A stretch of DNA of 64,000 nucleotides from Ophelia neglecta (lineage: Eukaryota). Location: contig OZ260667.1 of assembly GCA_965285935.1 (NCBI GenBank), positions 27,218,001 through 27,282,000 of the forward strand. The letters are read 5' to 3'. The translations under genes and the position numbers were made by a program. Shown piece after piece: positions 36,501 to 49,600 of the stretch (position 1 is the stretch's first letter; every line of letters begins with the position of its first letter). The notes under the pieces are model-generated. The model was not told the DNA's origin. It did not search any database and saw only the letters and a program-made list of their open reading frames with translations.

Positions 36501-39500
36501 AAACTCATTATGATACTGGATGTTTTTTCCTTTTCTATTAGCAAGCACTGTAAACCCATGAATATTTGCTTTTCATGTTGTATGCAACTTTTGCCGGTGG
36601 CCTAAATCACATAGTCTATTATCTGCAGAATTTTAAGGTCGTCATTCAGTTTTGTGCATTGTAACACAAGAGTGCACATATCAAGTTCCCTCAGTGTTTG
36701 CAATCTAAGAATAAGGAAATTTTTTTGGCCATGAATATAAATGGGTTTACATTATTCATCATCCATATCAATTCATGTAACATTATGTTTGATTTTGCTT
36801 AAAAGATGAGGAACAAAAGTAAATGTTGTTGGTAAATAAAAAGCCATACGTAAATGGTTTGGATTAGGGAAGGCTAGAGTTCAGTGCATGAAACATAAAC
36901 CTGAACACTGTCGAGTAAATTGTGCGTCTGGCAAGATTCCATATTCACTCGTATTGACTTAGAACTCAGAAAGCTTCTCTTACCATTCCTATGTTCAAAA
37001 TGTTAATTGAAATATTTAAAAAACAGTTTTTTTTTTGTGTTTCCAGGTACAGAAAAGCTTATGTAGAATACAGACAGATATTACGAATGGACCATTCAGT
37101 AGAGATGGCCAACCAAGGAGCTAACAGGTAACAGTCAAGCAGTGACATTAATACTCGGTCTGGGTGGTCCATGGCCAGAGTGTTCATCAAAAAGTGGATG
37201 TTGGAATTAATATCTTACATTCCCTCCCTATAATTGAAATTTTGCCTTTGTGTAATTTGTGCAGACTTTGATAATGCAAATGTGAATGCTTCATCAATTT
37301 GAAATATATAAGATCAATCAACTTAGGATGAAAAGTCTGCATCCAGGGTGTATTTTTAAATGAGCATTGCTGTTTGTCCATGTAAGGTGTGGTAAACTCC
37401 TCCAGCAGCAGGACGGGGCTCAGTGGAGAGACAAGCTTCCCGAGATGCCTGGCCTGGTAACCATGCCCCAGTTTACACATCAGGCCGGAGCTGTTACTTA
37501 CCCTGAGAAACCTGCCATCAAGGACGCAGATAAAACAGAAGCCAAGTCTACGCCGTCTGAAAAGAAAAAGGGGCAAGCTGAAGTTAAGAGTCCGAAAGCC
37601 CAAAAGAAGAAGCCCCCTCCAGATCATATTGCCCCTGATCCTCAGGCAGCCCTGGAAGAAATGTTTGCTAAGTTCAAAGCAGAAGGAAATGACATGGTGA
37701 AAAAAGTAAGTTTGGTATTATGAACCAAAAATAGTTATTTATTATTATGTCTCTGTCTATTTAGGTGATGCTTTAAATATTTACAAAAAAAAGCTTTCTT
37801 GTTGCAAGAAATATTTACTGAAATATTATTTACTTATACGATTATCTGTATTGTACAATTGCCTATCCATTGTTTCCCAGGCAAAGTTTAATACTAATCT
37901 ATGTTCAATATTTCAAAGAAACGTTAGAAATCAACTGGCCGTTGAAGAAATCTGTTATGATCACTTGATTTACAACACTTTTGATATAGATTTGAAATTC
38001 CTTTTCTTATTGGTTGAGAGCTTCAAAAATCAGATTAGGGGGAGGGGGGTTATTGTAATTAAGTCTTGCTCAGTTTAAGTTGAAGGCTCCTGTCAGAGAA
38101 TATAGTTAATGTGGCTACTAGTTACTGACTGGTTTTTTTTTGTAGGGTCACTATGAGGCTGCCGTGATGGCTTATTCAAAATGTGCTGACTGCTGTCCTG
38201 AGGAGGTGGCTAGCTATACCAATAGGGCTCTCTGTTACCTCAAACTAAACAAGGTAGGCAACTCTTCACTCAAAATAAGCAATGTATGGGGTCCACTAGG
38301 TAATCAGGGCTCCGCTTCCTCAAAATTAACAAGGTGGTCACCTCCTATCTCAAAATGAACAAGGCAGGAACATCCTTCCTCCAAAAAAAACAAGGTAGGC
38401 AATTATTACCTCCAACTAAACAAGGTAGGCAAACTCGTACCTTAAAATAAACAAGGTAGGAACCTCCTACCGCAAAAAAACAAGGTAGGCAACTATTACC
38501 TCAAACTAAACAAGGTAGGCAACTATTACCTCAAGCTAAACAAGGTAGGCAACTATTACCTCAAACTAAACAAGGTAGAGGTTCATTGTCACTTACGGTG
38601 TATGTATGTGGTAATGTAGTGTTCCTCAAGCAGTAATTTATATGGTGTTTGGTTAAGAAGTAAGCCAAAATAAAGACCAAGCTTTATGAGTTGATGGCAT
38701 AGAGGAAAAAAAAGAAGCCAGGCAACAAAGCACATTTTATGAAATTTCTGTCCAAAAAGGAAGTGAAAATGGCAAAAATATCCTGGAAACAATTGATAAA
38801 ACAGATTAATTGATACTATGGCAATTTATATAAATTCCTTTTTTTCCCAACATTTCCTGGGTTGAGGGAAGTTTATAATGAATGGCAATAACTTAGTCTC
38901 TAATCTGTGTTGACTTGGTTTACAGCCTGCCAATGTAATAGATGACTGTGACACGGCTATCTCGCTGGACTCTGAAAACGTCAAGGCCCTGTTTAGGAGA
39001 GCCCAGGCTCATAAGGTAGGATAGCATAGCAATTGACCTATCAGGTATAAGATTAGAACCGGACACTTGTCTTTATAATGATTGACATTTTTCATATATT
39101 ATATGGGTACCTACTTCCACAGGCTGTTTAATAATTAAATGGTGCCATAACTGTTGACACATCTAAAGTTCATATGGTTCTGATAACTGATAAAACCTAG
39201 TGACTTAACAAAGGTATCAATGTATTAATTATTCAATTTGTTCATAATTCTTTTGCCTATAATCTTTAAATGTTTTTTCCACAGGCATAATAAGCTACAT
39301 TGCTTTCACCATACCCATAGGATGTTGTATCATTTATGAATGTGATGTTGAGTAATTTACAATTGAATATTTGGTTGTTAGATGATAAGGAATTATGATG
39401 AGAGTATTCATGACCTGAAGAGATTGCTGTCTTTAGATCGCAATAACACTGCTGCCAAAAAGGAGTTTGAAATTGTCCTTCGACTTAAGCAACAGGTAAG

Positions 39501-42500
39501 GGGAAAAATTATTTAGTGATGTAATTATATCATGAAAATTGCTTCTCATTTTTTGGTAACAGATTTTCTCTTGTAAAATGTGTTGACATAGTTTCAAATG
39601 GATAAATGAAAAATAATACATATTGCCAACTTTATTTGCAGCCACCAAATTTCAAATTCATTTGCATGGTTCTGCAAGAAATAATTTTAAGGATGAAAAC
39701 TATTTTTATGTTTACATTGTTTGATGATAAATTTTAATAAATTATTGTTGAAGATCTTTTGTATATGTTCTGATTTATTTATCTTTATAAATACCATGTA
39801 TGAAGGCTTTTTCTGTAGAAACTGGATGATAGTTATTCTAACAATTCTTTCAGGAAATGCTTGAGAAAAAACAGAAAGAAGCTAGCAAAAAGCAGCCATT
39901 AAATCCAAAACCAGCTGAAAAATCAAGCAGAAGAATGAAAATAGAGGAAGTGGAGAGTTCTGACGAGGAGCAGGACAAGAAACCATCAAAACCAGTCACA
40001 GAACAAAAAGCTGCTAAAAGTGCTGACAGCCCTAGTAAAAGTAGGTATTATATCTGCACTAGGTAATACCAGTGTAGGGCCTAACATAACTATTGAAAAA
40101 ACTGGCCTGTTATTTATTTCTGAGCCTAACTGACATATGACATGTAAATGAATCAGAAATTCACTTGCCCAACATGAATTTTTACTCTCACTGGGCAGAT
40201 GGGTTGTGGCTTAGGTCAGACCCTGCAGTGTATCTCCTTGAATAACTGCTTGTACATGAGGGCAGCTTGATTCAAGGAATGTATGTGCCTGTTCTTCTGA
40301 AAAAAAAGATATATAACATGTCATGGTTGAGCAATAGGACGTCAATTAGTTACCAGTAGCCAGCACTGGTGGGTATTCTATTTAGAAATGGGGATGGGTC
40401 GAACACATTGTGGACCCACCTACCCCCCACAATTCAATTTTCTTGACTCACTTTAAGCATGCATACTTGGTATTTCATCCCCCCCTTTCCCCACATTAAA
40501 ATTTTGCTTGCTATTTTTCTCATTAATTTTAAATAGAATGGGCCAAATATTATTTTTTCCTAATATGATTATATACTATGTCCGAATGTTTTAAGTTTCA
40601 ATGGAAATATAAATATGATTTAACCTAAAATATAGAGACGGATGAAGTGAAGGCGCCTGAGCAGTCATCACAACCTTCTAAAAAGTCGAAAAAAAAGAAA
40701 TCCAAAGGCAACAAACAAGAGCCAGCAGAGGGCGCCAGCGCGTCCAGCTTCAACATGACAACCAACAAAGCCAAATTGTCTGGAACGAAGATTAAAGAGA
40801 CAGCTATGGATGCTGGCAAAAAAGAGGCTCCACGGCTTAACAAGGCTACCCCCTATGAGTTCATGGCGGCGTGGATCGCACTCAAAGCCAAGGACGATCC
40901 TGCCCCCTACGTTCAACTTCTGGAACAAGTGAAACCTGAAGAGTTGCCAACAGGTAGGATTGCAGGGAGGTTGTTAAAGTATCTACTTGCATAGTTTGAA
41001 ATCTATCAAAATAGTTATCATCAGTTCAGAGAAACAAGGTATAGATATATTCTGTCACCTTCAATAAATGAATACCAGCAGTATTTGTTTTGTTTTTTTG
41101 CTAACTACATGTATAATGCCTTTTTCCTCTTTGTGCCCATGCACCAACCATTATTGGTATATGATTATGTCATTGGAACTCTTGTCGTTATTGTGTCTGC
41201 ATTACTGTTATTATTACTTTATTCATTTGTTAGTTTTAAGGTTAATGTAAATCCCTAAACATGGTGTTATAAACCCAAAAGCAGTTTTAAAACTGCAATT
41301 TTTTTTTACAAATATAAATGTGTTTCTAGTACTTCAGATAAGACTTAGCTGATGACACGCATAGGCCATATGATTCCTAGCACATTGTTTTATTTCAAAT
41401 GTATATTTGCTGGCCGTTTTTGGTTGTTTTACTATATACATGTATTTGGAGATATTACCTGTTCATATCTGATATTAAGAACCGCTTCTCAGCTATGAAT
41501 AATGTTTAATCATAGAGTTGTATTCATAAGCCAGGGGCAGCTGGAGCTCATTAATAAAGCTTTTTATCACACACATGCCCTGCTAGTGCTGTTTAATGCT
41601 AGTCTTAGATAATAATTAATCCTTTCATCCATTGGAACATAATGCGTGTCCAAAAAATACTTGTCTCTTGTCTTTTTTCCATTCAGTTTACTTTGAAATT
41701 TGTTTTTAAATTAGAATGTCTGTTTAATCGAGAGTTTACGTTTTTTGCAGTGATCAGTAACAAGCTGGAAGGTGACATGCTGCCAATGATTTCCAAATGT
41801 GTTGATCTCATGGTCGAGAAAGGTAAATGAAAAAGGTTTTCTCGGTCTTAAAGTGTATTGCACCCAGGTCATCCTTTTTAGCTAACTTTTAGTAAAGGCA
41901 GCTTTCTCTTAACCTTTATCATAAGATAAATGAACTATTTACTCTTACTCTAACTAAAATAAGCAATTGCACCTAAATGGAAAAATAAAAACTGGTTATT
42001 AACATAATTTATGTAAACTTTAATGAGTAATTCTTTGGAAAGTGTCAGTTTTCCGATGCCATTCTCAGTGTCTCCTTCAGATTGTGTTACCATTCCTGTG
42101 TCTGTTTTAGGAGAGTTAGACAAAGGGTTTTCCTACCTCCAGCATCTGACCAGAGTTCCTAGGTTCCAGATGGTATCTATGTTCTTGTCTGATGGCGATA
42201 AAAAAGGTAAAAAAATAAATTACCAGTCAGAACAGCAACAGCTGCCAGTAGTTAGTCCACTGGCTTACCATTCCTTGGTTAACATCATGATTATATTAAA
42301 CAACTACCATTGTTCTTTGATTGAATAACCCAATTTTAATTAAGTGTAATTGTAAATGGTCAAATTTGATCAAAAATGATCAAAATTGTTTTCGTCATGT
42401 TGAAAACGTATAAGCTGGGGTTGGTTTGTTGGGAGAGTTTCAAGTGGGGCTCCTGTGTTTGAAATTAACACAACACCATTTAAGGAAAATCTTGATATTA

Positions 42501-42649
42501 AAGTCAATCTATAATTTATATCACTAATATGACTATATCTGGATTTTTGTTCTATTTCAGAAATTCTGAAGGTATTTGATAAGCTACATGCCAAAGGAAC
42601 CATCTGTCAGAATGCATTGAAAAAGCTCAAAAAAGAATATGGATTGTGA
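27568..42649 (+). CDS. SPAG1: Sperm-associated antigen 1 (TPR co-chaperone with RPAP3-C-like domain; dynein assembly factor), complete multi-exon CDS (~1068 aa)
   Basis: Exons: 27568-27686 (FDIPLSHLEYEYIEKCKDVKELEKIVKVLR), 30967-31041, 31388-31472, 32216-32335 (LPPVRG), 32530-32594 (PRDYREWDK), 32850-32968, 33404-33562, 33969-34046, 35139-35876, 36165-36339, 37047-37127, 37387-37705, 38146-38253, 38926-39015, 39382-39495, 39854-40040, 40636-40953, 41751-41822, 42111-42206, 42561-42649. Phases are consistent; total 3207 nt. Three TPR clusters (EKDKGNEAF, KDSGTELF, KAEGNDMV), a C-terminal RPAP3-C-like domain (TPYEF...VPRFQMVSMFLS...KKEYGL) and a SPAG1-type N-terminus. Confidence 0.95.
28577..28732. 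mobile_element. Tc1/mariner-pogo-like MITE
   Basis: TA|CAGTGGAGCCCCT...AGGGGTTCCACTG|TA. Confidence 0.75.
29697..29940. mobile_element. hAT-like MITE (CAGGGG...CCCCTG)
   Basis: TIRs, 5-bp flanking duplication GACTG; a second, inverted copy lies at 57441-57689. Confidence 0.8.
34085..34261. mobile_element. Tc1/mariner-pogo-like MITE
   Basis: TA|CAGTGAAACCTG...CAGGTTTTACTG|TA. Confidence 0.75.
35046..35138 (+). repeat. Three ~30-35-bp units ending in a SPAG1 splice acceptor
   Basis: TGCTATA.CAA.GGGCTTTCTATTTC-like unit x3; the last ends in the CAG acceptor. Confidence 0.7.
38236..38580 (+). repeat. ~30-bp minisatellite built from a SPAG1 exon end plus splice donor (~11 units)
   Basis: Consensus TACCTCAAACTAAACAAG|GTAGGCAACTAT; the first unit is the real exon/intron junction. 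Confidence 0.93.
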
Positions 42650-43699
42650 CCTGCCTTGTGCTAATTTGCAGTGGTTTTTTTATATTTTTTTGTTCAATAT
42701 CACTGTTGTATAATATAGAATTTTTGTTGTGTTTTGTTGATTTGAATTGAATCCAGAATTTGCCCAAACCTCCAAACTGTATTGGCTGAGATTCTGTATT
42801 ATTATGTACTGTATAAATGCATATAAAACAAGTTCATTAGTGTATTAAATCACATCAAAATTCAAATGTCCCATTAGTCTGAACCAACTGTGAAACCTAA
42901 TTATTACCATGTGGTATAACAGGCACTCCTCTTTGTTTCAATTTTTAAAACTCCCTCTGATCATCTGTTTATAAATGGCTTTAAATATCAGCATACAGGA
43001 AGGGGATAGCTAGGTTACTGTAACAGTGAAAATGTTCATGCAGGTTTAAGTGTGGAATTTTGCAAAAACGGAGAAATTAAAAACACAGAGTGGAATTTAT
43101 TTTGCAAAAGTGCAAATTATTCCTGCGTATACTTTTGACCATTATAGTGGCTTTCGCATATTTAAATACAGGGCAATGGTTCTTGTCTTGTGTTTTTATT
43201 TGATTCATTCAGCCTTCATCAGGAACATTGAGCCATAAGGTGTGTTAGAGTCAAATGTGAGATGGGCAACATTTGATACATCAACATTTTTTATACATGC
43301 CCTTTATTAATTCAATATCATCAACATACACTTAAATTATTGTGTCACCTGTAAAGCAGTGTGTGGAGACCGCTTTGTCGGTGTCTGTGATGTCTTTGTT
43401 AGACTATATGATGACATATATGGGCACAAGGTTAGGGCAAGTTTAATAAGTAGCCAGATCGCCCTAGTAACACTGGAGTTATGATTTTTTGATTGTTGAA
43501 AATTAACAACAATTGTGATATTTGGTCTTCAGCTTGACAGATGACTCATCCCCTCAGGAAATCTAGTGTCCTTAAATATTGACCTTAAAAACTTATCATT
43601 TATCAAGAGATCCAACCCCGGGGGGGGGGGGGGGGGGGGGAGAGAGGGGTAGGGGGCTCTTAAAAACTGCACATATGTTAGTGCAGCTGAAGACAACAA

Positions 43700-43920
43700 A
43701 AACATACCCTTGAGTAGGAAAATCTAATAAAAAGTGCACCTTTGCCTAGGGAAAAATACATACCCTTTGCTAGGGACATCTGATAAAAATGTACCCTTGG
43801 CTAGGGCTGAAAACATAAACATGGCTTGGGAATTCTAATATAAAACATACCATTTGCTAGGGAAATATGATAAAAAACATAAAGTTGCCAGGAAAATCTG
43901 ACAAAAAACTACCCTTAATT
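43700..43920. repeat. Degenerate ~30-bp tandem repeat (AAAACATACCCTTTGCTAGGGAAATCTGAT-like), probably TE-internal
   Basis: Recurrent taccctt(t/g)gctaggg units downstream of a CCCCG(G)n tract at ~43616-43640. Confidence 0.6.
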
Positions 43921-44495
43921 AAGAACATTAGCCAAAAAAATGACTAAATGCTAATGGCCCACCGTAGAACATCTGACTTAAAAAGTGCCCACCCTCTCCC
44001 AGTGGTCTACTACACTCCAAACAATGACAAGAACCATAACCCATTTACCCAAGTTGGTTATCGCACATGTTTTTGCAGACACAGATCTTGCATATCACAT
44101 GCCAAAGTGGTCATGATGATCAGAAAAAGTGTTTATTCAGTAAAAAGATGTTTTCTTAAACTTGTTAACTGTATGGGGAAAAATAAGATTGATGTGTTTT
44201 CATTGTTCAAGTAACATTTCTTCTGTGAAATGTGTACATGGCTGCCCTCGCCATTCTTGTCACTATCCCATAAGCAACTGAGGAGTGAGACCTCCATTGC
44301 AGTTTGTGCAGAAAATCATTCCCAAAAGTACAATTATTGGCAACTGTGATCTTCATCATGTTGGCTTCCTCGGTCATCAAACTTGTGGGAATCTGTCTAA
44401 ACAGTGAATCATTCATCTCAATAACATATCAGTCAGCTATCAGTCAGGTTTGCATTTATAAGGGAGCCTAACCAGCTTGATATAAACCATACATT

Positions 44496-44704
44496 TACTG
44501 TAAAGCCTTTATATTTTGCGGCCCGTAATATGTGCGGTTTTATTACACAGCTTCTTTCGCTGCCTTTAAATTTGCATTTCAGAGTTTCGTACAATAGTTT
44601 TTCACAGGCCCTTAATTTTCACAAGCCTTTCACTTTTGTTATTTTGACCCTGCTAGCATAATTTGACAAATAGAGGGCTCTAGAAAATTTAAGGTTTGAA
44701 AGTA
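44496..44704. mobile_element. MITE, TACTGTAAA family
   Basis: TACTGTAAAGCCTT...AAGGTTTGAAAGTA termini, similar to 2046-2246. Confidence 0.55.
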
Positions 44705-46626
44705 TATGCCTAAGTCCGGCAAACTCTCTACTGTTGAACATGAAATTGTCACAGTATAAACAAATTTCACAGAAGTGGCTGTATGAAGTTTTTGCTAAAC
44801 GTTATGAATGGGAACACTGAAAAGAGCCACTGGATGCTAATAGTGCATGAAATTTTCTCTACACATCTTTTTGGAAAAGATTGTCCTTGTGAAAATTGAA
44901 GAAATAAAATGCACACAGAAATTTCATGTTTTCTGTACTTATTAGCAAAGATCTGATTGTGCAATTTGATCAAAGCCTCACTATTTAAAAAACCGATTGA
45001 CTTAATTGTCTTTATAAGTTATATTTCGGTAGTTTCATAGTCAGTTGGATATGTATGAAATTGACATACTCTTACCGATATCATCATTATTCAATCTAAT
45101 TAAATACACACTTGAGACAGTTTTGGTATTACTAGTATTTTAACCCCTGTGAACAAGTTCTGTTGTTCAATATACAGGTAGCTTGTTGGCAAATAAAAAT
45201 AACCCACCCCATACCATCAATAAGCTCTGCAGAGCAATTAGCGCAAGAAAAGGTTATGCCTGGACCACCATATACCTTCCTCTTAATTCCCCAATGATGT
45301 TTACATATAAAACAGTAAAACACTTTAATTTCGCCCGCCTTGATTTGCACTTTGGGAACACCTGTGCATTTTGAGGTAGGTTAACACTGTGGCCTTAGTT
45401 ATTTTGGCAAGCCTTTTAATTTCCTAGTTTTGTCTATACTCTAGAAATACCTGAAATAACAGGTTGAGGAAATACAAGGCTTTTTTATCTATATAATAAT
45501 GTATAAATAGCATTGGATGTTCCATAGGTGCAACAATAAGTACGGTGTGCCACATGGGAATTGGAAAAACAAGAATTATTATCAGATTCTCAATAGCTTA
45601 TTAAAGTGTAATAATTCAAATATTATAAAATTAACTGCATGGGATGGTGTGAATTCTCATCATTTCAAGTTGGATGTGTCCAAGTCTTGTTTCCATGAGT
45701 TATTAGTCATAAAATGAGCATGAACTAGTACACTTTATCCTGTCATAAAACAACTGGGGCATGATGTAATTTCAACTGCCTGTGATTTTGCATACACAAT
45801 GTGATAATTTTCTCAAAAAGCCATCTATTTGTGCAAAATTAGATGAAATTTAACAAAAAAACCTAATTTGATTGTAACCAGTGCATGGCAACCCCTTCTA
45901 TGGTAACAATTTTGTTGTCATGGTTTTGTACTGGTTCTGTTAGAAATATTTGCATGTCATGGTTGTGTGATATTTTACACAGGACTGTTAGGTTTATACA
46001 AATTCAAATTTATGGTAATAATAAAATATTTAACCTCTCTTTTGGGCATTTATTTTTATTCTTTATAATAAATGCCTGTGGTAATCTTTTAAATGGGTTT
46101 ATTCTACTCTATGCCAGTATAAAAGTAAATGTTTGGCTTAAAATAATGGAAAGCCTGTTAAAATTAAATATATTGGAAAAGAAGAAAAATTATGCTACTG
46201 AGATACCAGATACTATGTATTGAGACATTGTTGATTTCTATTCCATGCATAATTGATTTTAATTAAAAATCATCTTTAGGTTTTCAGAAAACTACTGACT
46301 ATGTTTTCAGGAACACTACTGACTTAATAATGAGGAAACTGGGTACTGCTTCTCTCATTAAAAGTTAATAGCTCTAGATAAAAAAAAAATCTCAGCTTTC
46401 ATTTGTTTCCCGTAAAAGATCATTTGATTAGAGAACACTAGCGTACAATTCTTAAATGAGCATTTATCATTCTTGTGGAAGACCACAGACAGTGAATATT
46501 TTGATGCTAAGCCGTGTGTGATAGTAGTAAAATTAGTCGCGTCAATGCTCTAGAGTGATCTCTGACCTCGCTGTGAGAGTTAGTTCAGATTATCCGAGCT
46601 AGTGTAGTACACAGGCTAGGATCAAA

Positions 46627-49600
46627 ATGTCGTTCACTTCAAAACTCTTTGTGTATGATGGATCGAAGCTATTGGAGCCCATCACTAACATACTTGGACT
46701 TCCCATTGATCAGGTAAAAACCTTTCATTTAAAGATTTCTTTTTGACGGCCTGGGAACAACATTTTCTCAAACTGACATAGCTATGCATAGCTTGGCACA
46801 GTGGTGTTTATATACCCTTTCGAATGTACTAAGAGCATGTACTTGACGACTTGATCATAAATAGCCAGAGCGTAGGGGCTATGACCTCGAAGTGCACACT
46901 AAGTCATGCCGGAATTACATCATCTTCATAAGGAGAGTTTGTATTATTCAACTCACTTTAAACATAGCATGCGGAAAGTCTTTCAAAATATGTCTACTTT
47001 GTATATATAGAGCGTTTGTCCATTTATGACAGAGGGGGTGTGTCGTCATAAAGAAGTGATTAAGGGTGAACAGGTGAACTGGTGGTATTTAACAGATTCC
47101 TGGGAATATGACAAGACAGTAAACAACTCTCAAAACCTTGCTCCAGTGTTGGGGGAAAATCTTATGACCCCCCCCCCCTCCGATGTGAGACGGTGCCAAT
47201 TCTGTCTTCTCTCCTGTCATAGATTTTCTGCCCCCCTCCCCCTCCATCTCCATCAAGTAAAGTTAATAGTGCCACGCAAAAAGGTCAATTATTATTTGTG
47301 CACTCTTAATATTAATAATTTGAAACAAAAACTGCAGGGGTGTTCTGTTTGGTTTATAGACTAAGGGGTTAGGGGTTGATTTGTATTCTGAATGTAGGTC
47401 CCAGCTGCAGGCCTATTAACTTGGGACAGGTCTTTGAACATCGGCAAGCTTATGAACAGGAGGCAGGCCTATGTACATGTACGTGGAGCAGGCCTGTGAA
47501 CATTGCGGCTGGGGCAGGCCTATCAACCTTGATGTGCATTGTTTCAAATACCAGGTATTTCATCTTGTGATGAATTTCCATATGAAGGCCCAAACTACCT
47601 GAATATGCCTCTGGTGACTGTTTTTTTGCCTCCTTTGCTGAGGTATAGAAACCTCCATCCTAGCTACCAATACCCATTTACATTTAGCCATGCCACTGAT
47701 GAAGTTTTACTTGTATTTAACATTAAACTTATTGTGCAATGAAGTGAATACAAAACTTACTTGCAAACTAATAAATAAAAAACACCATAGACAGGGCTTT
47801 TTTTCAAATGAGGGGGAAGGGGCCCATAGCCCATCAGGAGGGGAAAATTGACATGTAGATTATTACCAATGGGGAATATTACAGAAAATTCAAATTAACT
47901 TAAATTTCAAGCCCCTTTTAAAGAGCATTTTTCTCTGGAGGGGATTTTTTTATTCAGAGCTGGGGAAAAATTAAGCTTAGTTTGCGAGGGGAAGACGCCC
48001 ATGAACGGTGTCAGTTTCTTAACGAAAAAAAACCCCTGATAGAGTTAATATTGACCTTTTTGCAAGAAAAATAATTAATCACATAGTGACATAGACTACT
48101 TTTGCCAAAGTGACATAATGATGCTAGTTTGATGTACGAAAGTGATTGCACCTAATATAAACTACCAGTAGTAATTAGTTATAAGTAATCTTTTAGCCAT
48201 GGGATAAACAGTGCTCAATGAATTGGGCTAAATAAAATCTAAACTTTAGCTGATTCAATTAGAAACAAAAGCAGGAAGGGCAGTTTTAATAATAAAATAG
48301 AGAAATTGACTAATGTGAGATTTATTTGGCTAAATTGATAACTATAGTTTATATACTGGTAATCCCCAAAAGGCTAAACGCTTGAACTCTAAGGGGTAGC
48401 CAGTTTTGGCATTATTTATGTCATGTGGTGAGTACAGAATCATGTATTTCTATTCTGTTCAGTCACAGGCCCAGTTGCTATATGGATCAGGAATGTTAGC
48501 CAGAAATTTGGTTTCTGCCAAACACCAGACTGAACACAACAGGATGTTATGTATCACAGTGTGTATGTAGTTCTTGCAATTGTTGGCTATTGGCCAATCT
48601 CTTTATTCTCACCTGTTCTTACTTCCAGTATTATTGACAAATTTAATTGGTTTGACATTCGTCTAAATTCTGCTGCAAATCAGTAGGATAACTAGGACTG
48701 GTATTACGCTGACATATATACTGAAAAAATTTAAACATTCACGTATTAACTCGTATGAGATTTCTATTTTATATCATTTGTTTTACCTACAGCTTTTTTT
48801 CCTTAACAGATATTTTGTTAATGGCCATAAAGTATATAGTCAAATGTTGAAATAACAAAATAGAATAGATTGTGGTTATTGGTCATACTTTAAAACTAAC
48901 TTTACCGGGGTATTACTTAGTGTTGGGAATTGGTTACAAAGTCAGAACTGATAATTTGTTACTAACAACCAGACGTTGATGGTTATTATTGGTTAGTACA
49001 CAGCTTTTAAAAGTGATATTAAAGTGCATGTTCACATGCTTTAAAAATTTATTTATCAATAAAGAAATGAAAAAACCATTAATCTAAATTAATTTAAATT
49101 TTTTGGTAGCAACTAGCAAGAAATTTTGTAACTTGGGCCCTTTAAATAAATTTAAATCCAAAGTTTGCCAATTAGTCGTATTTCGCATTGGTTTTTCATA
49201 CTTATCAGGCAAGTATATCAATAAGTTGTGATGGTTGAAGTAAGCACCCAATCATTGATATCATTTGTGATTGTCCCATCACTAATATTAATACAAGAAA
49301 TCATTGCCAGTAAAACATGTGCAGTTTAGAGGCAGAACGATTCTTAAATGAAGATTACACTACAGACAATGGTAGTGTCACAGCATGGTATTTTGTCCTG
49401 TACATGTACAGTTGTCCCACAGTCCACGGTCTATCCACAATGTGACATTTATATATCCATGCACTACTTCAGGTTTATTGTAATAGTGCCATTTCATTAA
49501 GCTATAATGATATTGTAAGCCTAATATTTCCCTTCCAGGTATTAATTTAACCCGAAAGAAACAATCAGAGAGATACTCATTAGGAATTATGCTATAATTT

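Noticed and set aside
38236-38580. CRISPR-like array
   Set aside because: Head-to-tail tandem units without unique spacers, in a eukaryotic intron.
27568-42649. Calling the TPR gene RPAP3 or TOMM34
   Set aside because: Three TPR clusters plus the IP..HL.Y.YIEKC.DVK.LEKI N-terminus identify SPAG1.
43616-43660. Poly-G tracts as functional G-quadruplexes (also 3121-3138, 21102-21179, 54967-54977)
   Set aside because: Homopolymers are mostly associated with repeats and prone to length error; there is no independent support.
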